A DNA stretch of 64,000 nucleotides from Candidatus Hydrothermales bacterium (lineage in GTDB: Bacteria > Hydrothermota > Hydrothermia > Hydrothermales > JAJRUZ01). Numbering within the stretch: position 1 is the stretch's first letter; every line of letters starts with the position of its first letter. Shown here piece after piece: positions 40,023 through 53,048 of the stretch. The notes below the pieces were generated by a model. It was given only the letters and a program-made list of their open reading frames with translations, ran no database searches and was not told where the DNA came from. Location: contig JBCNUW010000001.1 in NCBI GenBank assembly GCA_039630575.1, positions 64,659 through 128,658 on the forward strand, in the 5' to 3' direction. The position numbers and the translations under genes are program-made.

Positions 40023-42947
40023 TGGGTTAAAAAGGTTATTATTTTCAAAACCCAAGAGATTTTCCCTTTTTTGGATTCTGCTTTTTATATTTTCAAAAAT
40101 ATTAAGGTATCTTTCAAATAAATATTTAATTACTTCGTAGCTATCTATCTTCTTAAAGATCTTTATAAATTTTCTTATAACAATAAGATGTAAAAAAGGA
40201 ATGGGATATTTAAAGATCATTTCAAGAAACTTTTCTAATTCTTCAAAAGTTAGCCTTTTATCTTTTCTAACAAGCTTTAAGGATTGAATATATAGATTTT
40301 GCAATACCAAGTTTTTAGTTAAATCTTCAATTTCAGTTATACTAAAACTATTTATCAAACTTTCATCCTCTGACCCAAGAATAAGTAAAAAAAAGATGTA
40401 AGGGTCTTTTAAATAGGATAAGTTAATATATTTTGTTTCTATTTTATTTCCTTCATATAAAGTTTTAATTGAGTTGAAATAAAAAGAATAAAAAGAGTTA
40501 TAAAATCTCTGTGAAAAGGAAATCCCAATTTTATTGGACAATTTGAATAAATTTTCATTTTTAAAAATTAAACCTAAAAAACACTTTATCTTTTCAGATT
40601 CCATAACATTTTCATGGTTCATTTCCATAAAAGAAGATTTTTCAGCCTCCATTGATGCTTCTAAAGAATCTTCGAAGTTTCCGGTCCAGAATAGAAAGTC
40701 TGACAAATTTATTTTAAATTCTGAGTTAAAATAACCCTTTTTCAAAAGATCTCTTTCAGACCTTTTTAAGTATAAAAGAGCATCAAAAAATTTTCCTTCT
40801 CTCTTTGCGATTTCAGAATAGAGCAAATTTATTTTAGCTAAAGTTACTTCATTCATAACTTTAACATCCTGAAGAAATTTTCTGGCAGACTCAAAAATTC
40901 CCTTTTCAATATAGGATTTAGCTAAACTGAAATTAATTTCGTTCCATCTTGAGTCATTTTTGTCAGTCAAAAGTAAAGCTTTGTGTAAATTCGAAATAGC
41001 CTTTTCAAAATCTTTTGATAAATAAGAGTATATACCCTTAAGATAAAGATATTCTCCCATTTCAAGAGGTCTTATCTTGTGATTTTTTAGTACAACTTCT
41101 TCAATTTTTTCAAATATGAAAAAAGGGATAAAACCTGTGCCCTCCTTTAGGAATTTGTCTAAAGTCTTTAAGGAATATTCCCAAGCTATGTCATATTTTT
41201 TTGCTTTTAGTGATTGTATAAATAAAAAGTATGGATTATTTTCAGCCCAATCTGTATATTTAAGGGTATCTACAATCTCTTCGTGTAATTTGTTTTTAAT
41301 AGTGTCAGGTATAGAGTTATAAATAACTTCTCTAAGAAGAGGATTAATGAAATGTATAGTATTATTTTCTATTCTTAAAATATCCTTAGAAATAAGACCA
41401 ACTAAGCTTTTTTCTATTTTTTCTGAAAAATGTTTCGAAAGTGGAGAATCTAAATCTAACTCTACTATCAAGCTCAATATTTCAAGTAAATCTTTTTCAT
41501 ATATTGTTAATTCGTTAACTTGTGAAAGGGCAAAGCTCATTAGAGATAAAGGAAGCTCTTCTTTTCCTTCAAGATCTTTACCTTTCAACTTTAAACTTTT
41601 CAAGTACTGTGCTATAAATAGTGGTATACCACCAGTGATTGTTGCAATTTTATAAATTGTTTCAAACTTAACATTCGGATAATATTTAGAAACTAATTCC
41701 ATTACCTCATCTACATTTAGTGGTTTTAGATCAATCTTATAAATGTTTGTTAAATCTAAATTAACTGGAAGGGTTCTTGCAGTTAAAATTATAAATGTAC
41801 TATCAAGTTTATTTTTGATAAAGTTAATTAACTCAATCGAAAATGAATCAGCCCTATCTATGTCATCGAAAATTATAATTAACTTTCCTCTTTTTTTTGT
41901 TATTATTCTTAAAAAATCTAAAAAAAGATACTTTATTCTTTCACTTATATCTTTTTCTTCAGATGTTGAAGTTAATACATCCAAAAAAAATTCTATATAT
42001 CTTTTCAGAAATTTAAACTCTTCCTTACTCATTGAATTTACAAGAAAAGTTTTTAATGGATAAAATGGTTCATCTGTATAAACTTCACACCCCCTTAGTT
42101 TTATTATGAAATTTTTTTCCTTTAAATTTTTAACATAATTATCAAGAAAAAAGGTTTTCCCAACTCCTGCCTCACCTGTTAAAATAACAGATCTACTCTT
42201 TCCGGATTCTAAATCCTTTAAAAATTTATCAAATAACTCCTTTGCATCTTTTCTCTCAACAAAAGGAACATCAAAAATTCCAGGTTCATACATCTTGCTT
42301 CCTGAAATCAATGTATAAATTTCCATTTTTTCTGTCTTTCCTTTTAACCTAATATTGCCCAAATATTCAAATTCAAAAAATTCAAGTGAAGCTTCATATA
42401 TATCAAAAGAAACATATTTTTTATTTCCAAGATTAGTAGAGAGTCTTTGAGCAGTGTTAACACAGTCACCAAGCGCAGTCAAAGACATTCCTTCTCCAGG
42501 TTCAACTTCACCAAAAAAAGACCATCCAGAAGATATACCAATTCCGTAATCACACATTTCAGAAAGCTCACTTTTAATTAAATTTTCTATCTTAAAGGAA
42601 AAGTTTAAAACTTTAAAAACTAAATCTCTTTCGAATTCGTTATGACCAAAGATAAAAAGACCACCTTCATGAAAATTAAACTTTTCCAAAAAAGCGTCAT
42701 AGGATCTGGCTAATCTTTCTACTTCGTATAAAAAATTTGTAAATTTGTAAACTAAATTTAAATCTATTTTAACTTTCCATTTTAAAGTTACAAAAAGAGA
42801 AATAATATATTTTTTTCTTAAAATAAACGGGATTTTTGTTGGTCTTGTATCTTTAAGTTTTTGTCCACAATTAGTACAAAAATTGTATGAGTTTTTTAAA
42901 TTTACATTACATCTCTTACACTGAACTATTTCTATAGTACCATGCAT
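40005..42947 (-). CDS. Zn-ribbon + class III cyclase-like domain + STAND/AAA ATPase + TPR-like protein
   Basis: CxxC...CxxC; TALGDCVNTAQRL and LKGK cyclase motifs; GEAGVGKT Walker A, IFDD Walker B, GGIPLF; helical C-terminus. Confidence 0.85.
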   Translation of the reverse strand: MHGTIEIVQCKRCNVNLKNSYNFCTNCGQKLKDTRPTKIPFILRKKYIISLFVTLKWKVKIDLNLVYKFTNFLYEVERLARSYDAFLEKFNFHEGGLFIFGHNEFERDLVFKVLNFSFKIENLIKSELSEMCDYGIGISSGWSFFGEVEPGEGMSLTALGDCVNTAQRLSTNLGNKKYVSFDIYEASLEFFEFEYLGNIRLKGKTEKMEIYTLISGSKMYEPGIFDVPFVERKDAKELFDKFLKDLESGKSRSVILTGEAGVGKTFFLDNYVKNLKEKNFIIKLRGCEVYTDEPFYPLKTFLVNSMSKEEFKFLKRYIEFFLDVLTSTSEEKDISERIKYLFLDFLRIITKKRGKLIIIFDDIDRADSFSIELINFIKNKLDSTFIILTARTLPVNLDLTNIYKIDLKPLNVDEVMELVSKYYPNVKFETIYKIATITGGIPLFIAQYLKSLKLKGKDLEGKEELPLSLMSFALSQVNELTIYEKDLLEILSLIVELDLDSPLSKHFSEKIEKSLVGLISKDILRIENNTIHFINPLLREVIYNSIPDTIKNKLHEEIVDTLKYTDWAENNPYFLFIQSLKAKKYDIAWEYSLKTLDKFLKEGTGFIPFFIFEKIEEVVLKNHKIRPLEMGEYLYLKGIYSYLSKDFEKAISNLHKALLLTDKNDSRWNEINFSLAKSYIEKGIFESARKFLQDVKVMNEVTLAKINLLYSEIAKREGKFFDALLYLKRSERDLLKKGYFNSEFKINLSDFLFWTGNFEDSLEASMEAEKSSFMEMNHENVMESEKIKCFLGLIFKNENLFKLSNKIGISFSQRFYNSFYSFYFNSIKTLYEGNKIETKYINLSYLKDPYIFFLLILGSEDESLINSFSITEIEDLTKNLVLQNLYIQSLKLVRKDKRLTFEELEKFLEMIFKYPIPFLHLIVIRKFIKIFKKIDSYEVIKYLFERYLNIFENIKSRIQKRENLLGFENNNLFNPSSLFS

Positions 42948-42950
42948 GTT

Positions 42951-45185
42951 TTAAAGTCTACGCATAGCCATAGAGGCAGCAAGTTTAACTTGTCCATCTG
43001 GATCATTTAAAAGTTTTTTCAAAAATTCCATAACCTTTTCAGACTTATGCCTTGATAAAATTCTAACAACTTCAACTCTTATCTCAGATGGAAACTTTGG
43101 TTTTTTTAAGAAAGTTTTGTCAAAAAGAATTTTTTCAATTATTGGATAAGCTTTATCAGGTATGTGTTTGATCAAAAAATTTATTGAAGGTATGATAAAT
43201 TCTCTTGATTCATCTTTATCAAGGGTATTTTTAATAAATTGATAAATTAAATCAACACTTTTAAATGTCCCAATTTTTAAAAGAGTTCTCAAACATTCAA
43301 GTTTTACATCCTTATTCTGTGTTTCCAAATAGACTTCTAATATATCATCTTCAACAGATGAAACATTATATTTTGTAAAGGTCTTTAGCACCTCTAATTT
43401 TGTACTGTCTTCTCCCATTTTCAATATTTTAATTAAAAGAGGTATACCTTCCTCATCTTTAACTTCTCCTAGAATAATTGCTACATCACGAAGATTTACA
43501 AATGATTTACTTTCAAGATCTCTATAAAATTCCCTTCTATACTCAGCTGGAAAATGAGACAGAATTTTAGCTATCCTCTTTTTTATTGTAATATTTTCCA
43601 TTTCAGGAAAAATCTCCTTAAGAGCTACAAATCCCTCTTTTCCCGCAGATAAAAATGCTTCTTCTATTTCCTTCTCTGTCTCATCATCCCATAATTGAGT
43701 TAAAAGTACTCTTGTTGAAAATTGAGTACCAATTTTCCCAAGTGCCCTTATAGCAACTTTTTTCTTTGATCCCGAATCTAATAAATCTCTAAATGCCTTC
43801 TGTATATCTTCAACAATCAATAAAAGATCTTTTTCTTTAGCAACCATAACAATCTTTTCTAGTCCTTCAATATATGAGAAAATCACAGCAGGATGTTCCT
43901 CTTCAAAAACTTTTATTTTCATTAAATTTATTATTTTTTCAACAGATCCTAGCTTTTCGGCTCTTAAAAAAGTAATTGCAAAAGAAATTAAAGCATCAAT
44001 TGCAGAAATCCTTTCATTTTCATTCTCATTTGTGAGTTTTTCTATAATGGGCTGAAGGAAAGATTCCATCTCTGAAGCAGCTATTCCACCTTCAAGCTCT
44101 CTTTCTAAAAACTTCAATTTTTTCTCTCCTGTTATTACAAGCTTTTTTTCTCTTGCTATCCTTTCAAGTAATTCAGTTTCTTTGTCTTCATGTGATTTTT
44201 TAGTTGTTGTATAAATTTTTCTTTTTTGGAGTATGTCCTTTAACATATCTGGCAACTCGCTTTCTCCTTCCTTTAATCCCGAAAAAAGCAATACAAGTTC
44301 TCTATCATCCATTTCATCAAGAATTTTTCTTATTGACTCCGCTATCTCTCTATACTTTTCAGATTCCTCTATAAACCTTATTTTAAGAGCTGGAGATAAA
44401 ATTTTTAGTATATGTGTAATAACAAGAGAAAAATTATGTGAACCATCTTCTCCGTATTTTTCTATTAAATAGTGAGCAACAATTTTTAAAGCTGAAATTA
44501 AGTCCTTAACCTTTAAACTATCAAATTCTTTTTTTAAATTTAGACCCATCATATCTAAAAAAATATCTTTTACTAACTCCTCCTTTTCAATATCTTGTAA
44601 CTTATTATATTCTCTTAAAAAACCGTCAAATTTATCTTGAACCTCTTTACTTAATATTTTCTCTTCTTCTTTTTTAATTTCCGAAACAACTTTAGATAAA
44701 TGATCCTTTTCTTCTAAAGTCAAATCTAATTTTAATTCTCTTTCTGTAGAACTTAATTTGAACTTTACCTCATTTAATCTAATCCTTTCAACATTTCTCT
44801 GCAGAAGTAGTTCAGATGGGTCTTTAACCTCTAAGAACTTTTTTAAAGGTAAAGTAAAAATTTCAAAGAAAATTCTTAGATCATCCTGAATTACATCCCT
44901 GTCAATCGAAATACTTTCAATTTTAAGTCTAAAGAAATGTTTCGCCATAGATTGAATAGCTGGAATTTTGCTTATATCAATCCTTGTATCTTCAAAAAGT
45001 ATGATATTTTCAAAGAAATAAACGGATATTGTGTTATACTTTAATGGGAATTTTTTAATTATCTCGAGAACCTGCTCAGCTGCTTTATTGAAAGCAGGGT
45101 GCCCTGCTGGGTACATCTTTGAATATGTTAACCCTACTCCTATCTGTTTTAAAAGTTCAATTACTAAGGATTCTATCTGTAACAT
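42951..45185 (-). CDS. HEAT-repeat protein with N-terminal YPxGHP domain
   Basis: AIRALGKIG, VAIILGEV, LLNDPDGQVKLAA HEAT/PBS-like repeats. Confidence 0.8.
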   Translation of the reverse strand: MLQIESLVIELLKQIGVGLTYSKMYPAGHPAFNKAAEQVLEIIKKFPLKYNTISVYFFENIILFEDTRIDISKIPAIQSMAKHFFRLKIESISIDRDVIQDDLRIFFEIFTLPLKKFLEVKDPSELLLQRNVERIRLNEVKFKLSSTERELKLDLTLEEKDHLSKVVSEIKKEEEKILSKEVQDKFDGFLREYNKLQDIEKEELVKDIFLDMMGLNLKKEFDSLKVKDLISALKIVAHYLIEKYGEDGSHNFSLVITHILKILSPALKIRFIEESEKYREIAESIRKILDEMDDRELVLLFSGLKEGESELPDMLKDILQKRKIYTTTKKSHEDKETELLERIAREKKLVITGEKKLKFLERELEGGIAASEMESFLQPIIEKLTNENENERISAIDALISFAITFLRAEKLGSVEKIINLMKIKVFEEEHPAVIFSYIEGLEKIVMVAKEKDLLLIVEDIQKAFRDLLDSGSKKKVAIRALGKIGTQFSTRVLLTQLWDDETEKEIEEAFLSAGKEGFVALKEIFPEMENITIKKRIAKILSHFPAEYRREFYRDLESKSFVNLRDVAIILGEVKDEEGIPLLIKILKMGEDSTKLEVLKTFTKYNVSSVEDDILEVYLETQNKDVKLECLRTLLKIGTFKSVDLIYQFIKNTLDKDESREFIIPSINFLIKHIPDKAYPIIEKILFDKTFLKKPKFPSEIRVEVVRILSRHKSEKVMEFLKKLLNDPDGQVKLAASMAMRRL

Positions 45186-45792
45186 TTAAAGTTTCCTCCT
45201 TTAAAAGATAAAAATCTATATTTTGAACTACTTTTTTCTCATATAAGTTTTTTGGAAAAACTTTCTCAATTTCACCAAGTAAAACTATCTCATCTTTACT
45301 TATTAATGATTTTAAATAATTAATCATACTAATCAATTCAGAAGAGATAATTATATAGGATTTTTCTCCTAATCTTAGAGGATAAACAAGGCATCTCTCA
45401 TATATACCTATCATCTTCATTCTAATATCTTTTCTTATAACATCTGAATTAAAAAATTCTCTAACATCAATCAAAAAATTTATAAATTCATTAATATCGA
45501 GACTTTTACCAAGTCCAAATATAATCTCAATTTCATCACCTATGTATTGATTTACATAACCTCCATTTTTTTCAGCTATCATTTTTAAATTTGAAAATAA
45601 AAGAGAAAGATTAGATCTTAATTCAAAAAGTTCAATTCTCTCAGTTAAATTGGTAAAACCTATAATATCCATCCTGAAAACAAGAACATCTACTTCTATA
45701 GGTCCTTTCTTGATATAAAATCCGCAACTCTGACAAAAATTTCCATTACTATCAATTCGAGAACCACACTTTAGACAAATCTCACTTAGCAT
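45157..45792 (-). CDS. Zn-ribbon + class III cyclase-like domain protein
   Basis: CxxC...CxxC; MDIIGFT and YIGDE metal-binding motifs. Confidence 0.8.
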   Translation of the reverse strand: MLSEICLKCGSRIDSNGNFCQSCGFYIKKGPIEVDVLVFRMDIIGFTNLTERIELFELRSNLSLLFSNLKMIAEKNGGYVNQYIGDEIEIIFGLGKSLDINEFINFLIDVREFFNSDVIRKDIRMKMIGIYERCLVYPLRLGEKSYIIISSELISMINYLKSLISKDEIVLLGEIEKVFPKNLYEKKVVQNIDFYLLKEETLNVTDRILSN

Positions 45793-45826
45793 TTTTACTA
45801 TATTTTAAAGATTTTGCTTTAAAAAT

Positions 45827-45904
45827 TCAACTCCTTTTGAAGAAAGGTTCAAAAACAAAATAAAAAATTAAAAAAAGGAAAATAATAATATAGAAGAGTT
45901 TCAT
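45827..45904 (-). CDS. Unannotated 25-aa single-TM peptide MKLFYIIIFLFLIFYFVFEPFFKRS
   Basis: ATGA overlap with the ccmF stop; GAGGTG SD; hydrophobic core and basic tail. Confidence 0.55.
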   Translation of the reverse strand: MKLFYIIIFLFLIFYFVFEPFFKRS

Positions 45905-47772
45905 TTTTCACCTCTTTTTGAAATAATAGCTATTAAACCACCAACAAAAATTAAAAAAGTTCCAATCCAAACAAGTTGAATTAGAGGATTGTAAAAAAAT
46001 TGAACATAAACAGTTTTATCTTCCTCCCAACCTTGTATTACAGCGTAAATATCACCATATAAAAGAGGTAAAACATCCATCTCTGCTGAGGGTTGTTCCC
46101 AGTTATGATAAAACCTTAAAGCAGGATAAAGCTCTCCCTCTAATTTACCTTTATTTTTTATTAAGAATTTACCTTTAACTTCGTCATAATTATGTCCAGA
46201 ACCGAAAGTAAGTCCCTCATATTCTATTTCAAAATTTTTGAATTTTACTTTTTCACCTGTTTTAAATTTCATTTCTTTTTGTTCCTTAAATCCATAAGAG
46301 GATATTATGCCTATTGCTGATATAACTATTCCTAAATGAATTAAAAAGGGACCTGTTTTACTTATTAAAAATTTTACTTTATTTATTTCTTTAAAATAGT
46401 AATACAAATTTGATAAAAAGGCGAAGGAGGATAAACCGTAGCCAAGCACAGCTCCAGGATGACGGGAAATTTTAATAAAAACAATAGAAGAAATAATTAC
46501 GCTTATAAGTAAGGAGAGAAAAAGAAAAATCCTTGATGGATTTTTATAAGTGTAAATGAAAATACCAAGAAGCAAAAGGATTAAAAGAAAAAAAGGACCA
46601 GTTGATTTAACAAAAAATAAAGACGAAACAGTTATTTTTTGACCTGTGAAGAGCTCTGAAATTATAGGAAAAAATGTGCCGAATAGTGTTATCAGAGCGA
46701 TTGCTATAAGAGAAAAAACAAATATCAAAATAAAGCCTTCTAATCCCAAAAAATTAAACCTTTCACTCTCTTTTGAAAATTTATTCTTGAATTTAATAAC
46801 AGCTAAAATTAGAAAAGAAAGATTTATAAAAACAAAAGCTCCAAAATAAGGTCCTATTTCACTTTCAGCAAAGGCATGAACAGAAGATAAAACTCCGCTC
46901 CTTGTGATATAAGTTCCTGTTAAAACAAGCACAAAAGTTATTATAATTAAGGAAAGATTCCATAACTTTAAAGTACTTTTTGTTTCTTGAATAAAAAGAG
47001 TATGAACAAAAGCTGTAGATGTTAACCATGGTAAAAAGGAGGCATTTTCTACAGGATCCCATGCCCAGTAACCTCCCCAACCAAGCTCAATATAGGCCCA
47101 CCTACCTCCAACTACAATTCCAATTGATAAAAATAGCCACGAAATTAACGTCCATTTTCTAATCTCCAAACCCCAATCCTTTCGTTCGCCTTTTATAAAA
47201 ATAGCAACAGCATAGCCTAAAGGTATTGCAAAACCCACATATCCTAGATAAATTGCAACAGGGTGAACTAACATCCACACATTTTGAAGAAGTGGATTTA
47301 AACCCTTACCATCAGGAGGAGAAAAAGGAAGTGTTTTAAAAGGATTGGTAAAAAAGAGAGTTATAAATATAAAGAAAAGGTTTATTATAGAAATTACAGC
47401 ATAAGAAATAATTCTGTGGAAATTTTCATTTTTGACTGAAAACATGTAAACAAGAAAGTATATAGATAGTATCAAAATCCAAAAGAGCATAGAACCATCC
47501 ATACCAGCCCAGAAGGCTGAGAATTTATAAATAAAAGGCAAGTTTCTTGATGTATAATTTGCTACATATAAGACTCTAAAATCAGAAGATAAAAGAAGAT
47601 ACCAAAGGATAATAGAGGAGAGAATTACAAATATTGATCCTAAAACAACAGCTCTTTTTCCAGCTTCAACAAATACATTATCCTTTTTTATAAAAAAATA
47701 AATAAATAAAAATGAGGATAACAAAAAACAAATAAAAGAACCAGTTAATGCAGAGTATCCAAGATCTGCCAT
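45901..47772 (-). CDS. ccmF: Cytochrome c heme lyase CcmF/NrfE
   Basis: GLNPLLQ, HP, WAYxELGWGGYWAWDPVENAS, SVHAF. Confidence 0.95.
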   Translation of the reverse strand: MADLGYSALTGSFICFLLSSFLFIYFFIKKDNVFVEAGKRAVVLGSIFVILSSIILWYLLLSSDFRVLYVANYTSRNLPFIYKFSAFWAGMDGSMLFWILILSIYFLVYMFSVKNENFHRIISYAVISIINLFFIFITLFFTNPFKTLPFSPPDGKGLNPLLQNVWMLVHPVAIYLGYVGFAIPLGYAVAIFIKGERKDWGLEIRKWTLISWLFLSIGIVVGGRWAYIELGWGGYWAWDPVENASFLPWLTSTAFVHTLFIQETKSTLKLWNLSLIIITFVLVLTGTYITRSGVLSSVHAFAESEIGPYFGAFVFINLSFLILAVIKFKNKFSKESERFNFLGLEGFILIFVFSLIAIALITLFGTFFPIISELFTGQKITVSSLFFVKSTGPFFLLILLLLGIFIYTYKNPSRIFLFLSLLISVIISSIVFIKISRHPGAVLGYGLSSFAFLSNLYYYFKEINKVKFLISKTGPFLIHLGIVISAIGIISSYGFKEQKEMKFKTGEKVKFKNFEIEYEGLTFGSGHNYDEVKGKFLIKNKGKLEGELYPALRFYHNWEQPSAEMDVLPLLYGDIYAVIQGWEEDKTVYVQFFYNPLIQLVWIGTFLIFVGGLIAIISKRGEK

Positions 47773-47824
47773 AAATTAATTATAAATTCTTTTTAGAATT
47801 AAATTCAATATAAAAAAATATAAT

Positions 47825-48790
47825 TTAAAAATTTTCAGCTATGTAACTTTCTGCCATCATGGCAGCAATTGCTCCATCAGATGATGCTGTTACAGCCTGT
47901 CTTAAGGAAGTTGATCTTACATCACCTGCTGCATAGATACCCGGTATATCTGTTTCCATTTTTTGGTTTGTTATCACTCCCTTTCTTTCATCAAGTTTTG
48001 TTAAACCTTCTAAAATTTCAGAGTTAGGAGAAAGTCCAATAAAAATAAAAACTGCCTGGCAGGGTAGTTCTCTTACTTCGTTTGTTTTAAGGTTTCGTAA
48101 AACTACTCCTTCTACTTTTTTTTCTCCTTTGATTTCTTCTACAACTGTATCTAATATAAAATTAATTTTTGGATTATTTTTTGCCCTTTCAACATAAATT
48201 TTTTGAGCCCTAAACTTATCTCTTCTGTGAACTATATAAACTTTTTTTCCAAATCTTGTTAAGAATAAACCTTCGGTAATAGCTGAGTCACCGCCACCAA
48301 CAACTACTATTTCTTTATCTTTAAAAAATGGACCATCACAAACAGCACAATTTGAAACACCTTTTCCCATCAGTTCATTTTCCCCCTTTACCCCAAGTTT
48401 TTTATGATGAGCTCCTGTGGCAACTATAACAGCCTTTGAAATCCATTCTCCTCCATCTGTTATCACCTTTTTAAAACCCTTATCGAGAAGTTCTATTTTT
48501 ATAGCTCTTTCCCTAACTATTTTAGTACCAAAATTTTCTGCATGTTTTTTTAAAAGGTTTATAAGATCATTTGCTTTTATCCCATCAGGAAAACCGGGAT
48601 AATCCTCTATATATTCAGTTAGAGAAAGTTGTCCCCCGATCACATCTTTTTCCAAAATTACAGTATCTAATAAAGCTCTTGAAGAATACATACCTGCAGT
48701 TAAACCAGCTGGACCTGCTCCTATTATAATGACATCTACTTCCCTCTTTTTAATCTCCTCAAAACTTTCCCCGAACTTTATTTCTATCAT
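47825..48790 (-). CDS. trxB: Thioredoxin reductase
   Basis: GAGPAG, CAVCDG, GGGDSA, HRRDKFRA, AAGD. Confidence 0.96.
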   Translation of the reverse strand: MIEIKFGESFEEIKKREVDVIIIGAGPAGLTAGMYSSRALLDTVILEKDVIGGQLSLTEYIEDYPGFPDGIKANDLINLLKKHAENFGTKIVRERAIKIELLDKGFKKVITDGGEWISKAVIVATGAHHKKLGVKGENELMGKGVSNCAVCDGPFFKDKEIVVVGGGDSAITEGLFLTRFGKKVYIVHRRDKFRAQKIYVERAKNNPKINFILDTVVEEIKGEKKVEGVVLRNLKTNEVRELPCQAVFIFIGLSPNSEILEGLTKLDERKGVITNQKMETDIPGIYAAGDVRSTSLRQAVTASSDGAIAAMMAESYIAENF

Positions 48791-48793
48791 CCT

Positions 48794-49789
48794 TTAACCT
48801 CCTTTGATTTGAAAAGGATACTTAGTATAGGGATCAAAGAATTCATTTTTAACTTTTTTGTTTTTAAATAAATAATAAGCTCTCACCCCTATCATAACTG
48901 CGTTGTCACCACAAAATTCTTTTTCAGGGAGTAAAACTTCACCAAGGTTTTCCCTCAGAAGCGTTCTTAGCCTATTATTTACTGCTACTCCTCCTACAAC
49001 TGAAACTCTTAGATCTTTAATATCTAAAAGAATTATCGCTTCCTTCAATTTATCTAAAAGATGTGTAAAGACAGTTTCTTGAAAAGATGCTGCAATATGA
49101 GGTTTTAAATTCTCAAATTCATTTTCTCCTATTTTTTCAATAAATCTTATAAGAGAGGTTTTCAAACCACTGAAGCTGAATGTAAAAGGCTTAGTCTGGG
49201 GTAGAGGAAATTTAAAAAAGTTTTTATCACCCCTTTCAGCAAGTTCTTCAAGTCTTTTCGCTCCAGGATATTTAAAACCAAAGAGCCTTGCAGCCTTATC
49301 AAGACACTCACCACCAGCATCATCAAGTGTTCCCCCAAGATAAACAATTTCATCTATATCCTTTATTAAAAAAAGCTCTGTATGTCCACCTGAAACAAGA
49401 AGGGATAGAACGGGAAATTCAAGTTCCTTATTTATGAATATAGAAAATAAGTGACCTTCAAGGTGATCAACTCCATAAAAAGGAATTGATAAAGAATTAG
49501 CAATAGACTTTCCAAATACAAACCCTACCAGTAAAGATCCAATTAAACCTGGTCCTTGAGTAGCAGTAACAATATTAACATCCTTTAAGTCTATCTCGGC
49601 AACTTCAAGTGCAAGCTTTAATGAAGGCACTATTATTTCCATATGTGTCCTTGATGAAAATTCAGGCATTACACCACCAAAATCTATTCCTGAAATATGA
49701 GACGAGAGAATATGGGACTTTACTTTTTTATTTTCTAACACTGCTACAGAGGTTTCATCACAAGAGGTTTCAAAAGAAAGAATAAACAT
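48794..49789 (-). CDS. tsaD: t6A transferase TsaD
   Basis: ETSCDET, GPGL, HLEGH, VSGGHT, DDAxGE, FSFSGLK, DNA. Confidence 0.96.
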   Translation of the reverse strand: MFILSFETSCDETSVAVLENKKVKSHILSSHISGIDFGGVMPEFSSRTHMEIIVPSLKLALEVAEIDLKDVNIVTATQGPGLIGSLLVGFVFGKSIANSLSIPFYGVDHLEGHLFSIFINKELEFPVLSLLVSGGHTELFLIKDIDEIVYLGGTLDDAGGECLDKAARLFGFKYPGAKRLEELAERGDKNFFKFPLPQTKPFTFSFSGLKTSLIRFIEKIGENEFENLKPHIAASFQETVFTHLLDKLKEAIILLDIKDLRVSVVGGVAVNNRLRTLLRENLGEVLLPEKEFCGDNAVMIGVRAYYLFKNKKVKNEFFDPYTKYPFQIKGG

Positions 49790-49844
49790 TTATAAATATA
49801 AATCTTAAATTTTGAAAAATCAATACTTATAGTATAATTAATTC

Positions 49845-50804
<960 letters not shown>

Positions 50805-50805
50805 A

Positions 50806-53024
<2,219 letters not shown>

Positions 53025-53048
53025 GTCTCAGCAAGATTTTATAAAATA

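Noticed and set aside
40005..42947. Assignment to a known anti-phage system (Avs or Pycsar)
   Set aside because: No recognisable nuclease, TIR or cyclic-nucleotide-binding effector and no defence-island context; a defence role is not excluded but is unsupported
49790..49844. oriC upstream of recF
   Set aside because: Only 55 bp, no DnaA boxes seen, dnaA/dnaN absent
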